From: an uncultured Chthonomonadaceae bacterium
GTDB lineage: Bacteria; Armatimonadota; Chthonomonadetes; Chthonomonadales; Chthonomonadaceae
DNA: 64,000 nt
Direction of reading: 5' to 3'
NCBI GenBank assembly: GCA_963817895.1
Contig: CAWFQB010000003.1
Location: 32,001-96,000, forward strand
The position numbers and the translations under genes are program-made. Shown in pieces: positions 1 to 10,606 of the stretch. The notes beneath the pieces are model-generated. The model did not search any database, had not been told where the DNA came from, and saw only the letters and a program-made list of their open reading frames with translations. Positions within the stretch are counted from its first letter, which is position 1. Each line of letters starts with the position of its first letter.

Positions 1-1463
1 GCCCGCCCAGACTGGCCGCGATGTCGTCCATCATGTCCTGCTTGGTGCGCAGGGATTCCTCTTTGGGCAGGAACCACGTCGCGCCCCCGCTCATGCCGCG
101 CGGAACAACGGTAATCTTGTACACCGGGTCGGCGTTGGGCAGTTTGGCGGCCACAATCGCGTGTCCTAGTTCGTGGTACGCGACGACGCGCAGTTTGCGC
201 TCCGAGTTCATGCGGGTTTTGCGCTCCGGCCCCATCAACACGCGGTCACGCGCCTCATCGAATTCGGCCATTGCGATCTTGCTTTTGTCGCGACGGGCCG
301 CCAGAATAGCCGCTTCATTGACGACGTTCATAATGTCCGCGCCCGTGAAACCCGGCGTCAGTTTGGCAAGGGTGTCCACGTTGATGTCATCTTCGACGGG
401 CTTGCCGCGCAGATGCACGTTGAAGATCGCCTTGCGGCCCACCACGTCCGGGGCGTCCACGACAACGCGGCGGTCAAAGCGACCGGGGCGAAGCAGGGCC
501 GGGTCCAGAACGTCCGGGCGGTTCGTGGCTGCGATCATAATCACGCCCGCGTTCGGGTCAAAGCCGTCCATTTCGACGAGCAGTTGGTTCAGGGTCTGTT
601 CGCGCTCGTCGTGACCACCGCCCAACCCAGCGCCGCGCTGCCGTCCAACCGCGTCAATTTCGTCAATGAAGATGAGAGACGGGCGATTGCTTTTGGCGGT
701 ATCGAACAGGTCGCGAACGCGGCTCGCGCCCACGCCGACAAACATTTCCACAAAGTCGGAACCGGAAATATGGAAGAACGGAACGCCCGCTTCCCCGGCA
801 ACCGCCCGCGCCAGCATGGTTTTGCCGCAGCCGGGAGGTCCGAGCAACAGAACGCCTTTGGGAATCTTCGCGCCCAATGCCTGAAACTTCTTGGCGTTCT
901 TCAAGAACTCGACGATTTCGGCCAGTTCCTGCTTGGCCTCTTCCACGCCCGCCACTTCGTCAAACGTCACTTTCGGCACGCTGTCGGTCAAGGCGGCGCG
1001 CTTTGCTGCGCCCGAAGTTGAGCGCCTGATTGCCGCCGGACTGCGCCTGCCGGATGAAGAACAGGTAAAAGACGGCGATCAAGCCCACCGGAAACAGCAG
1101 CATCGTGAGAACCGTCTGCACAAACTCGTTCATAAACGGCGGCTTGAACTCGTGCGTGATGTTGTTCTTCGCAAGAGCGGCGTACAGCGCGTTGCGGGAT
1201 TCGGGCGCGTCGGGCAGTTTGGTAGAGACGACTTTATCCGTCGTGCCGGCGGGAAGCTGCCGGAACTTGAGAACGGCCTCATCTTTTTGCAGTTCGACGG
1301 TCTCAATTTGAGGGACATTATGATCTATGTAGCCGAGGAAGGTGCTGTAGGGAACCGTTTTGGGCGATCCCATCCCCGACAGCGGCGATTTCCACACCAC
1401 AATCAACAGCATGATTACCACAATGGTAATGATTATGCGCGTTCCATTCGTACCTGTCTTCAA
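1..1463 (-). CDS. ftsH: ATP-dependent zinc metalloprotease FtsH (runs off left edge; one frameshift near 990)
   Basis: Two N-terminal TM helices and '[11 protein letters not shown]' in ORF 960..1463. The next frame has VTFDEVAG, Walker [31 protein letters not shown], the SRH motif and AYHELGH. Confidence 0.96.
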
Positions 1464-1655
1464 ATCAACCTCCTCCGGCGTCGCTCACACAAAAACTTGG
1501 ACGCTGGCTGTTACAACAATTCCTGCTATTATAGCATACTATTGCGGGCTGTCCATGCACAGCCGGAATCGAATCCATCTGCCCTGCGGTCTTGTTCTAT
1601 ACCTCTAATCCTACTTCATAGGTACATCATCAGCGTTACGAACAGTTCCCGCGTT

Positions 1656-3096
1656 TCACCGGTCGCAATTATTTTCCCTGCGCGTTGCTTCAAAAATCGT
1701 GTCAATCCTGTCCTGTGTCGCAGACAGGCGACAGGCAAACAGGGCAGTTTCCTCTGTTCGCCACTTGCCAACCGCCAGAATGCGCCCGCTTGCCTGTTCC
1801 GCCAGCAGGGGAATCGAGTGGCGTTCTCCCGCCGGTATCTTCAAATCGGTAAAGATGTCCTGAATTTTCTTCGTGCCGTTCAAACCGCGCGGGCGCATCC
1901 GGTCGCCCGGTTTCCACGAACGAACCGTTAAAGGCAACTGTACCATTGCGGCGGGCCAGATTATCAATTGCCCCGCGCGTAAGTTTTCAAGCCAATCGCC
2001 GCGCAATTCTATCAGAGCATTCGGCAATTCATCGGGCAGGCATAGCCGAGTCAATAACAAGGACGTTTCGGCCCCGCGCGAGGGTTCGCCCCGGAACGGC
2101 TACGGGACATTCCCACGGAATCGCTAAGGCAAGGGGCGGTACGCGAGCAACCCTGATAGCGGTTTCCTCACAGGTAACGCGAACCGTTCCCTTTGCGTCT
2201 GCCGGCAGTTCCACACTCCCGGCCTGCCCGCCTGCCGCCAACTCCAGCACCGTTTCGACCGCTTCAAACGCGACATTTTGTAAATCGCCGCGTATTCGAG
2301 CAATGGCCTGCCGTAAAACCCGTCGGCGCAATCCAGGCGGAAGCGCGTTGAATTGAGGCAGGGGAAGCAGGAGAGAATCGGCATGAGAGAAATCGCCTTG
2401 CAGTGTGAGGGAGGCGAGCGATTGAAGCGCGAGGGTTTCCAGCAGGGCGTTGTCTTCGGCGGCAAGGTCTGCCAGTCGCAGCAGGGCATCATCCACTTTT
2501 GGGTTGTAGAGTTCGCGCAGTTGAGGCAACAGTTCCAATCGAACGCGATTTCGCCGATAGGTTAGTTTTGAATTGGAACTATCGTGGCGCGGGGCGAGTT
2601 GGAAGCGTTGGCAATACTGTTCTACCTGAAGGCGCGTAACATCATAAAGGGGACGAATCAGAGGAAGCGCAACGGGCGCGAAACCGGCCAGCCCTTCCAG
2701 CCCACTGCCGCGCAGAATGTTGAGGCAAACAGTTTCGGTTCGGTCATTGCGCGTATGCGCAAGGGCAATCCGTTCCGCGCCCGCTTCCGAAGCGACACGG
2801 CGCAAAAACGCATGGCGCGCGTCACGAGCGGCCTGTTGCGCGGAAAGGTGTCGCCGTTTTTGCAGGGCAGGAACATCAACGAACTCAATACGGCACGGCA
2901 CGTTCAAACTGTCGCAAAGCGCGCGAACGTAATCGGCATCGGCTTCCGCTTCCGCGCCCCGAAAGCCATGATTGAGATGACACGCGACGAGTGACAACTT
3001 CCACTCGTCGCGTAATTGGGTCAGGGCGTGAAGCAGAGCCGCGCTGTCCGGCCCGCCCGATGCCCCGACAACGACCGTCTGCCCCGGCGTCAGCAT
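1656..3096 (-). CDS. tilS: tRNA(Ile)-lysidine synthase TilS (frameshift near 2060-2100; true start may lie slightly upstream)
   Basis: SGGPDS PP-loop, HLNHGFRG, LAHTRND, DSSN, RNRVR. C-terminal 'VRSWKPGDRMRPRGLNGTKKIQDIFTDLKIP' in ORF 1656..2060. Canonical tilS-ftsH synteny. Confidence 0.95.
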
Positions 3097-3148
3097 CTCA
3101 TAGCGGGTGATAGTGGCGCGTAAGATTGCTGCTAAGTCTGCTTTGATA

Positions 3149-3280
3149 CCTCACCCCCGGCCCCTCTCCTTGCCGCGCTCTCGATAAACACGTTAAAGCG
3201 TAGCAAACGTGTTTATCGAGAGCGCTAGGAGTGGGGAGAGCGTAGTTGTTAGCCCCTCCGTAATGAGGAAGAGGGGGGCT
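3149..3280. repeat. REP-like palindromic element (CCTCACCCCC..CCCCTCTCC family) with an internal perfect 20-bp hairpin
   Basis: GCGCTCTCGATAAACACGTT (3175-3194) and its exact reverse complement (3206-3225). The outer arm resembles elements at 14237-14283 and 57138-57180. Confidence 0.75.
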
Positions 3281-3303
3281 GTTGATTGGAAAAGTTTGTC
3301 CTC

Positions 3304-4275
3304 TTACTGCGCGTAGGCAAGTTCGCGCTCGCGCGTGGGCGTTTCTTCCTGTGGGAACGCGCTCAGGTGAACGACATGGTTGTCCACCAGCAGGGCCGCG
3401 CCTGCCACGCCCTTGCCATTCAGCCGCGCGTCTTCGCCGATACCGATGGACGCGAATTGTTCGGCGTTGGACGCGGCGACCGCTTTGAGAAACGAATCAA
3501 CCGCCCATCGAGAGGGCGCAATGGCATCCTCGCCCTGCTTATCCAGCGCGTCCAACGCGTAACTGCGGGTCAATTTGGGCAGCAGTCCGGCAAACGTTTG
3601 CGGGCTGTCGAATAGTTCCAGTCCGACCACTTTGCCGTTGATGGCAAACACGGCTCCGGTCTGTTTCTCCCCGGCGCGAAACTCCCCCGCGTACTCTTCC
3701 AGTCCGCCCTCATGCAGTTCATAAATTTCGGACATAGCGGAAGTCGCCGAGCGCGAATCCATGCGACTCGCTTTAAGCGCGATGTCGCTCCACACCTCGC
3801 TCTGATCCGAATAGTGCGAACTGCCTCCCGATGCGCGCATGGACTCGGTAACATGCGCCATTTTGCGGGCGCGTCCCTCTGCGAATTGCGCGTGGGACGA
3901 AGTGGCGAACTCCGCCGAATTGTGGCTCCAGCGTCCGGCCTCGACACAGGATACGGGGATATTCAGGGATTCTCCGGCGGGCGCAAGGAGGGTCAAATTC
4001 AAAACGCGGTTCTGCTTGGCCCCTATCAGCGCCTCGCCGTCTATGAGCAGCACGGGCCGCTCGCCCTCTGTTTTCAGGCGAAGAATGGGGACATTGCCGC
4101 CCTCGCTGACTTCGGTAACGGTGGCGAGATTTTGCGCCAGCGCTTCGTCAAGCGTGAGATAATCGCGGGTCGGCGGCAGCGTGTCCGAACCAAACAGAGG
4201 AAAAACCGTCAGATTGCGGTAACTGACCGGCGAGCCAACGGTAATCTGATCAAGAACGTTTTCAATGGTCTGCAT
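3304..4275 (-). CDS. DUF6569 / ARPP-1 family protein
   Basis: NLTVFPL, YLTLDEAL, GEALIGAKQNRVLN, IPVSCVEAGRW, SDQSEVW, GAVFAINGKVVGLELF, SYALDA. AGGAGG RBS before ATG 4275. Confidence 0.8.
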   Translation of the reverse strand: MQTIENVLDQITVGSPVSYRNLTVFPLFGSDTLPPTRDYLTLDEALAQNLATVTEVSEGGNVPILRLKTEGERPVLLIDGEALIGAKQNRVLNLTLLAPAGESLNIPVSCVEAGRWSHNSAEFATSSHAQFAEGRARKMAHVTESMRASGGSSHYSDQSEVWSDIALKASRMDSRSATSAMSEIYELHEGGLEEYAGEFRAGEKQTGAVFAINGKVVGLELFDSPQTFAGLLPKLTRSYALDALDKQGEDAIAPSRWAVDSFLKAVAASNAEQFASIGIGEDARLNGKGVAGAALLVDNHVVHLSAFPQEETPTRERELAYAQ

Positions 4276-4443
4276 GTCGTGGTTCCTCCTGCCCTGCGCG
4301 TGTAAAAAAGCGGCGTGTTGAAGACCGCGCCTCCTTCGTGAGAGTCGCTGTTCTCCAAACAACATGACAGGAAAAACAACCTTTCGGTTTCAAACGCGGG
4401 TTAAATATTTCTCTTAATCCTGGTATCGTTCAAATAAAACTCC

Positions 4444-4530
4444 GTAGGGACACAACTTGTTGTGTCCGCATTGAGGCAATGTGTCCGCCCCAATAGATAA
4501 GCGCGAGGACACAACAAGTTGTGTCCCTGC
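4444..4530. repeat. GTAG-type REP inverted pair (REPIN-like)
   Basis: AGGGACACAACTTGTTGTGTCC (4446-4467) and its perfect reverse complement (4507-4528). Each arm is itself palindromic; ends are GTAG and CTGC. Confidence 0.8.
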
Positions 4531-4578
4531 GAAGTCTTAAATCCATTTGGCTTTTTGAACGGTATTGTTCCTCAACTA

Positions 4579-5406
4579 TCAACTATGCAGCCTGCTGTAA
4601 TCTGGGTCGAGGGAGGGGGAAGCATCCAGCAGTCGCTTTGTGTATTCCTGCTGCGGGTGGTCGAATATTTGGTCTACCGTGCCGCGTTCTACAATCTGTC
4701 CGTGTTCCATCACGCAGACCTCATCGGCGAGATAGCCGACAACATCCAGATTGTGGGTGACGAACAGATAGGTCAGGCCGCGTTCGCGCTGCAAGCGGCG
4801 CAGCAGATTCAGCACCTGCGATTGAACGGACACATCCAGCGCGCTTGTCGGCTCGTCCAGCACGATGAAGTTGGGGTCAACCGACAGGGCGCGGGCAATG
4901 GCGATGCGCTGCCGCTGCCCGCCCGAAAACTCATGCGGGTAACGGTCTAAAGATTCGGGCGGCATACTGACCTGTTTGAGCAGTTCTTTGCAGCGTTCCT
5001 CGCGTTCCATTGCGTTTGCCCCGATACGATGCACAATCATGCCCTCCTGCAAGGTTTCCCGCACGTTCATGCGGGCGTTCAGACTGGCATACGGGTCCTG
5101 AAACACGACCTGCATCTGCCGGCGCAGTTCCTGCCGCACTCGTCCCGTTCGCACGGAAAACGGCTGTCCCTCATACACAATGTCGCCGCCGGTTGGCGCG
5201 AGCAGATCGAGCAGCATCAGCGCGACGGTTGTTTTGCCCGAACCCGACTCGCCCACAAGGGCCAGCGTTTTGCCTTTGAGTATCTCGAAACTGACATCCT
5301 CAACCGCTTTTTTCCACTTTTTGGGTTGAAACAAGCCCGTCCGCTGTGGGAAATACTTTTGCAGGTTCCTGACGGCAATCAATGGTGTCTCATTTTGCGA
5401 GTTCAT
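4579..5406 (-). CDS. oppF: Oligopeptide/dipeptide ABC transporter ATP-binding subunit (OppF/DppF-like)
   Basis: GESGSGKT, QVVFQDPYASLN, YPHEFSGGQRQR, DEPTSALDVSVQ. Confidence 0.9.
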   Translation of the reverse strand: MNSQNETPLIAVRNLQKYFPQRTGLFQPKKWKKAVEDVSFEILKGKTLALVGESGSGKTTVALMLLDLLAPTGGDIVYEGQPFSVRTGRVRQELRRQMQVVFQDPYASLNARMNVRETLQEGMIVHRIGANAMEREERCKELLKQVSMPPESLDRYPHEFSGGQRQRIAIARALSVDPNFIVLDEPTSALDVSVQSQVLNLLRRLQRERGLTYLFVTHNLDVVGYLADEVCVMEHGQIVERGTVDQIFDHPQQEYTKRLLDASPSLDPDYSRLHS

Positions 5407-6442
5407 GTTTGTCCTTCGGTAGAATGATCGGAACCATTTTGTCGGCGCGGGTGGCGGGACGGTCGGGAATGTCGGGATCGTACAGGTGGCAGCGGCAGGG
5501 ACGCTCCGCGCCTTTCGGATGCCCTTTGGGCGGAATGGTCGAACACGAGCCGAAACGGTAATGGCAGCGCGGCTCGAAGCGGCAGGCTGTAGGCCATTTG
5601 GTCGGCTGCGGCACGATGCCTTCCAGCGTGGTCAAATCCTGTCCCCGCCGCGCCCGCGTGGGCAGGCTGGCAAACAACCCTTGCGTGTACGGATGCTGCG
5701 GGTCGGCGAACAAATCTTTCGCGGACGCGCTTTCCACGACCTGCCCCGCGTACATCACGGTCACGTCATGGGCCACGCGGGCAACCACGCCTAAATCGTG
5801 CGTAATCAGCACCATCGCCATGCCCAACCGCTTTTGCAAATCGCGCATCAAGTCCAGAATCTGCGCCTGTATGGTCACATCTAAGGCGGTTGTCGGCTCA
5901 TCGGCAATCAGCAGTTTCGGGTCATTGGCAAGGGCAAGCGCGATCATCACGCGCTGCCGCATCCCGCCCGAAAGCTCGTGCGGGTATTGCCGCATGTGCT
6001 GCGTGGGGTCGGGCATACCCACCAGTTTGAGCAGGTCCACGCCCCGGTTCCACGCATCCCTGCCGTTCGCCGTGCCGTGAATGTCCATGCTTTCGCTCAG
6101 TTGCCAGCCAACCGTATACACGGCGTTCAGGCTGGTCATGGGTTCCTGAAAGATCATGGCGATGTCTTTGCCGCGCACGGCCCGCATCTGGTCCCACGTC
6201 AAATCCAGCAGGTCGCGCCCCTCAAAGAGAATGCGCCCCGCGTCAATATACCCGGCAGGCTCCGGCACTAATTGCATAATCGAAAGCGCGGTAATGGACT
6301 TGCCGCACCCCGACTCGCCCACAATCGCCAGCGTTTCGCCCTTGTTGACCGTAAACGACACGCCATCTACGGCCTTCGCCAACCCCGACGGCGTATTGAA
6401 AAACGTATGCAGGTTTTCCACCTGTAAGATAGGTTCAGGCAT
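5390..6442 (-). CDS. oppD: Oligopeptide/dipeptide ABC transporter ATP-binding subunit (OppD/DppD-like)
   Basis: GESGCGKS, MIFQEPMTSLN, YPHELSGGMRQR, HPYTQGL and C-terminal CRFEPRC. Confidence 0.9.
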   Translation of the reverse strand: MPEPILQVENLHTFFNTPSGLAKAVDGVSFTVNKGETLAIVGESGCGKSITALSIMQLVPEPAGYIDAGRILFEGRDLLDLTWDQMRAVRGKDIAMIFQEPMTSLNAVYTVGWQLSESMDIHGTANGRDAWNRGVDLLKLVGMPDPTQHMRQYPHELSGGMRQRVMIALALANDPKLLIADEPTTALDVTIQAQILDLMRDLQKRLGMAMVLITHDLGVVARVAHDVTVMYAGQVVESASAKDLFADPQHPYTQGLFASLPTRARRGQDLTTLEGIVPQPTKWPTACRFEPRCHYRFGSCSTIPPKGHPKGAERPCRCHLYDPDIPDRPATRADKMVPIILPKDKHELAK

Positions 6443-7449
6443 TAGCTCGTCCTCAATCGCGGATCAATGGCGTCGCGCAGGGCGTCGCCGAATATGTTGA
6501 AGGACAGCACCAGGAGGAACAGCGCGGTCGAGGCAGACGCGAGATGCCAGCCGATTACGGGTTCGCGGGCCAGTTCCGTGCGCGCGCTGTCAATCATGTT
6601 GCCCCAACTGCCGAATTCCGGCGGGACGCCGACTCCGATGTAGGTGAGAATGGTTTCCGACATCACAAAGCCGCTGAAACCCAGCACGAGGGTAATAATC
6701 ACGATGGGCAGCAGGTTGGGCAGAATGTGGCGAACCATGATGCGCAGATCGCTCACGCCAAGTGAACGGGCGGCGCGGACGTACTCGCGGTCGCGATGCT
6801 TGAGCGTTTCGCCGCGTATCAGGCGGCACAGGCCGATCCAACTGGTGAAGCCGAGCGCGAAACATATCTGGTTCAATCCCTTGCCCAACACCAGAACGAG
6901 GGTAATCAGCAGCAGAATATCGGGTACGGAACCGACAACGGTATACGTGTATTGGATCACATCGTCTACGCGCTTGCCGTAATAGCCCGCCAGCAGGCCA
7001 AAAATCAGGCCGATGGGCAGCACGATAATGCTCGTCAGGCCGCCGATGATCATGGCCGTGCGGCAGCCTTTGAGGGTGCGGAACAGCACGTCGCGCCCAT
7101 TGCCGTCCGTGCCTAAGAGATGCCTGCCTTTGAGCGGATGGATTTTGGCCTCGCCCGTTGTCATCGTATCCAGTGGCGCGGAATAGGTGCGCTCGACCGG
7201 TACGCGGACAAACATGCGATCCAGAACGGTTTGCGGCTCCGCCGCTTTGTTGTCGCGCCACGAAATGCTGTCCAGCACAGCCACGCTCGCGTACAAACAG
7301 ATGATTGTCAGCGCGGCCAGCGCCACTTTATTGCGTCCGATGCGGCGGTACGCTTCCGCCCACAGCGGTGTTCGCCGCGCGCGGACGATGAGCGTAATCA
7401 GCGCGACGACAACGGCAACAGGTATCAGATTGCTTATCAGGGTCATCAT
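6442..7449 (-). CDS. oppC: Oligopeptide ABC transporter permease (OppC-like)
   Basis: HLLGTDGNGRDV, EYVRAARSLG (EAA loop), RHILPN, GDALRDAIDPR. Confidence 0.9.
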   Translation of the reverse strand: MMTLISNLIPVAVVVALITLIVRARRTPLWAEAYRRIGRNKVALAALTIICLYASVAVLDSISWRDNKAAEPQTVLDRMFVRVPVERTYSAPLDTMTTGEAKIHPLKGRHLLGTDGNGRDVLFRTLKGCRTAMIIGGLTSIIVLPIGLIFGLLAGYYGKRVDDVIQYTYTVVGSVPDILLLITLVLVLGKGLNQICFALGFTSWIGLCRLIRGETLKHRDREYVRAARSLGVSDLRIMVRHILPNLLPIVIITLVLGFSGFVMSETILTYIGVGVPPEFGSWGNMIDSARTELAREPVIGWHLASASTALFLLVLSFNIFGDALRDAIDPRLRTS

Positions 7450-7461
7450 GTCTGTTCCCCA

Positions 7462-8403
7462 TTACTCCAATCGAACGCGGGGGTCTACGAGGGCGTAGCC
7501 GATGTCGGTCAAGATGTAGCCGATAATGGTCATCAGCGTTCCAAGAAATACCATCGCGCGCACAACGGCGAAGTCCGCGCTGTTGATAGCATCCACCAGA
7601 TAACTGCCCAATCCGGGGATGTTGAAAAACGATTCGACCAGTAGGTTTCCCAGAAACAGCGACGGGATAATCGCTACTGTTGAGGTGACAATCGGCACAG
7701 CGGCGTTTTTCAGCACATGCCGGAACAGCACGGCCTGTTCGGAAACGCCTTTGGCCCGCGCCGTCCTCACATAGTCCTGATTCATCTCTTCCAGCATAAA
7801 TGTGCGGTACAGCCGGGTCAGGGCGCCAAATCCGGCGATAATTCCCACAATCAGGGGCATCAGGAAGAACTTAATGCCCGACAGCCCGCCGTGATAGCCG
7901 GCGATGGGGAATATTTTCAGGATTTTACCTAAAATGAACTGCCCCGTAATGATGTACACGAGAGACACAATGCTCATCAGCAACACGCATAAGAACGTAC
8001 CCCAGTAGTCTACATACGTGCTTCGGAAATACGCCAGAAACAGCGCGGCGGCGATGGTGACAAGCTGCAATCCCATAAAGACCGGAACCGCAATGGCAAA
8101 CGACGGCCCCGCGCTTATCTTGATTCGTTCGCGGATGTCCTCGCCGTTGGCGTCGGATTTGCCGAACTGGAACGTCAGCAGGTTCCAGGTTTGCGAAACG
8201 ATCTGCTGTCCGCGCGGCTTGTCGTATCCATGCTGAACCAGCCAGTCTTTCAGCTGTTTTTGCGTCGGATTTTTGGCCGACAGGTTGTTGCGGGCAATCC
8301 GCTCCGGGGGAAAGACGCCGTAGAACAGCAGAATCGTCAGAAACGAGACGGTAGCGAGAATGGGAATCGCGTACAGCAGGCGTCGTATCACATAGCGCAG
8401 CAT
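7462..8403 (-). CDS. oppB: Oligopeptide ABC transporter permease (OppB-like)
   Basis: MLRYVIRRLL, QDYVRTARAKG, RHVLKNA, VESFFNIPGLG, YALVDPRVR. Confidence 0.9.
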   Translation of the reverse strand: MLRYVIRRLLYAIPILATVSFLTILLFYGVFPPERIARNNLSAKNPTQKQLKDWLVQHGYDKPRGQQIVSQTWNLLTFQFGKSDANGEDIRERIKISAGPSFAIAVPVFMGLQLVTIAAALFLAYFRSTYVDYWGTFLCVLLMSIVSLVYIITGQFILGKILKIFPIAGYHGGLSGIKFFLMPLIVGIIAGFGALTRLYRTFMLEEMNQDYVRTARAKGVSEQAVLFRHVLKNAAVPIVTSTVAIIPSLFLGNLLVESFFNIPGLGSYLVDAINSADFAVVRAMVFLGTLMTIIGYILTDIGYALVDPRVRLE

Positions 8404-8405
8404 GG

Positions 8406-10499
8406 TTAATTTCCTCCTGTGTCGCGGCGCACATGCCGGTTGGTACGCTGTCGAACCACCTGCGCGGCGGGAATACTGCCCACGAAAATCAGCGCGGCTA
8501 GCGCCAGCAGGGGTAAATAGTTGGGAGTGTTGTATTCAGCTTGGAGGCGGGCGCGCATTTTGCCGTCCACGCGCCAGTATTTCACCATGTCCTGCGCAAC
8601 CGGATGCGGTTTGTAGTTGGAAAGCCAGGGCTGCGTCAGCGCGAAGGTTTCATTGTGCGTGAGATAAATCCAGGGACAATCCTCCGCCGCTATGTCGCGC
8701 ATCTTGTTGATGATTGCCGCCCGTTCCGGCGTGTCTTCCATTGCTCGCATCTGCTCGAACAGTTTGTCGTATTCCGGGTTCTCATAATTACAGGCGTTAG
8801 GGCCGGGCCGCTTATTGGGGCCGTACAGCAGGAACACGAAGTTTTCCGGGTCGGGATAATCGGCCACCCAGCCGTAGTTCATAAACTGGTAGTCGCCCGC
8901 GTCTATTTTGGCCTGAAAGACCGGTCCGCGCCAGGCACGCGGCTCGACATGGATACCGATCTTTTCGATCATTTCGGTAAACAGGCCAAGAATCTGCCGG
9001 CCCGCCGGAGTGATAAGCTGATTTTCCCAGTAGATGGTCAGCCGTTCGCCAGTTTTGGGGTCAATGCCGTTGGGGTAGCCCGCTTCCGCCAGCAGTTTTT
9101 TCGCTTTTTCTACATCCTGGGTTCGGTACGGGTTTTTGTAGTTGGGATCGTAGCCGAAAAGTCCGGGTGAAATGATGGACTGCGCGGGCTTGCCCAATCC
9201 GAGATAGATAATGTCAATGTACTTTTGCGAGTCAATGGAACAGGAGATCGCCTGCCGCAATTTGCGATGTTTTTCCGCGTCCGCCCCGGTCAAAGGTTTA
9301 CCGTTGGCGTCCACGCCGCCCACAACCGGGTCATTCATGTTGAATGAAAAATAACTCACGTCTACGGACACTTCGCGGTGCAGGCCGATGCCGCGCTTCT
9401 GCATGGCGGGCGTCAGCGTGTTGCCGTTGCCGATAACCTGCTGGAAGTTCGTCTGCCCCACGCCCGAAAAGTCCATATAGCCCTGCTGGAAAAGGTTCCA
9501 GGCGGTCGTGCCTTCGCGGACAACGACGTAGCGCAGTTCCTTGATGAAGGGCAACGGCTGTCCCGCGTCCTTGAGCAATCCTGCTTCCCTGTCGCCCGGC
9601 GCGCCTTCGGACGGGTAGAAATCGTCCTTGCGGTAGTTGGGGTTGGCTTTGAGCGTAATGCCGCCTTTAGGCTTGTACTCCGTCATCATATAGGGGCCGC
9701 AACCGACGGGGTGACGGGCCAAATCTTTGCCATACGTTTCCGCCGCTTCATGCGCCAGTGGGCTGGTGAAGTGCATCGCCATCAGGTACTTTAGTTGCGG
9801 ATACGGCTGGTTGAGCTTGATATGGAACGTATACGGGTCGTTCGGATCAAGCTGTAGCCCCTCCATGGCGAAATTGTAGTCGGGCTTTTGCTTTGCCTTC
9901 TCCTGCGCGGCCAGATGATCCTCGTAGTCTTTCATGCCGAGAATTTTGTCATCAAAGAAACTGACGATAGGGCAGGGTACGGCGGGGTCGGCCATGCGCC
10001 GGAAGCAGTACAGGAAATCTGCCGCCGTAATTTCGCGCCCCTTGCCGCCCGCAAAGCAGGGATCGTCCTGAAAGCGCAACCCTTTGCGGATACGAAACGT
10101 CCATATCTGGCCCGTTTTCGTACTCGTAGTCTCTTTACCGGCCTTATCTTTTTCGGTTGCGGTATAGGTGTACGGATTCGCTTCGGGCATAGCCGCGCCC
10201 AACCCCAATTCCAACACGAAAGGGTTGCGTTTGAGATAGTTGTATTGCAGGTAGGAAGCGTAGATCGGGTCTATTACTTCTGCGGCGGCAACGTCATACG
10301 CGATGCTTGGGTCAAAAGATTTGGGGTCGTCGGTGATATTGCGGTACAGGATGGGTTCTGCCGTTTCACCCTCCCTATAGGGATTGTTGCTGCATCCGGT
10401 CAGAGACAGCATCAGTGAGACTGCAAGCCCAGATAAAACGAGAGCACGGCAGCTTGCGCCGCCTATTGAGGTTATGGGTTGAAATGAGAATACCGACAT
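8406..10499 (-). CDS. oppA: ABC transporter substrate-binding protein, family 5 (OppA-like lipoprotein)
   Basis: Lipobox LTGC, KSFDPS, FRIRKGLRFQDDPCF, PVGCGPY, WVADYPDPENF. First gene of the opp operon; start approximate. Confidence 0.88.
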   Translation of the reverse strand: MSVFSFQPITSIGGASCRALVLSGLAVSLMLSLTGCSNNPYREGETAEPILYRNITDDPKSFDPSIAYDVAAAEVIDPIYASYLQYNYLKRNPFVLELGLGAAMPEANPYTYTATEKDKAGKETTSTKTGQIWTFRIRKGLRFQDDPCFAGGKGREITAADFLYCFRRMADPAVPCPIVSFFDDKILGMKDYEDHLAAQEKAKQKPDYNFAMEGLQLDPNDPYTFHIKLNQPYPQLKYLMAMHFTSPLAHEAAETYGKDLARHPVGCGPYMMTEYKPKGGITLKANPNYRKDDFYPSEGAPGDREAGLLKDAGQPLPFIKELRYVVVREGTTAWNLFQQGYMDFSGVGQTNFQQVIGNGNTLTPAMQKRGIGLHREVSVDVSYFSFNMNDPVVGGVDANGKPLTGADAEKHRKLRQAISCSIDSQKYIDIIYLGLGKPAQSIISPGLFGYDPNYKNPYRTQDVEKAKKLLAEAGYPNGIDPKTGERLTIYWENQLITPAGRQILGLFTEMIEKIGIHVEPRAWRGPVFQAKIDAGDYQFMNYGWVADYPDPENFVFLLYGPNKRPGPNACNYENPEYDKLFEQMRAMEDTPERAAIINKMRDIAAEDCPWIYLTHNETFALTQPWLSNYKPHPVAQDMVKYWRVDGKMRARLQAEYNTPNYLPLLALAALIFVGSIPAAQVVRQRTNRHVRRDTGGN

Positions 10500-10606
10500 G
10501 GTTATTATCCTGAATGAGAAATCGGAAAAGTCGGAAATGGGAGAAATGTCATAAGAAGACAATGCGATTTGACATTATACCCATAAACCTGACTGGATTG
10601 TACTTG

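Noticed and set aside
21..1931. Long antisense or overlapping ORFs (e.g. 173..1021, 891..1931, and similarly 18126..19616, 47672..48838, 60835..61980)
   Set aside because: They are shadow ORFs opposite well-supported genes in GC-rich DNA and carry no recognisable motifs.
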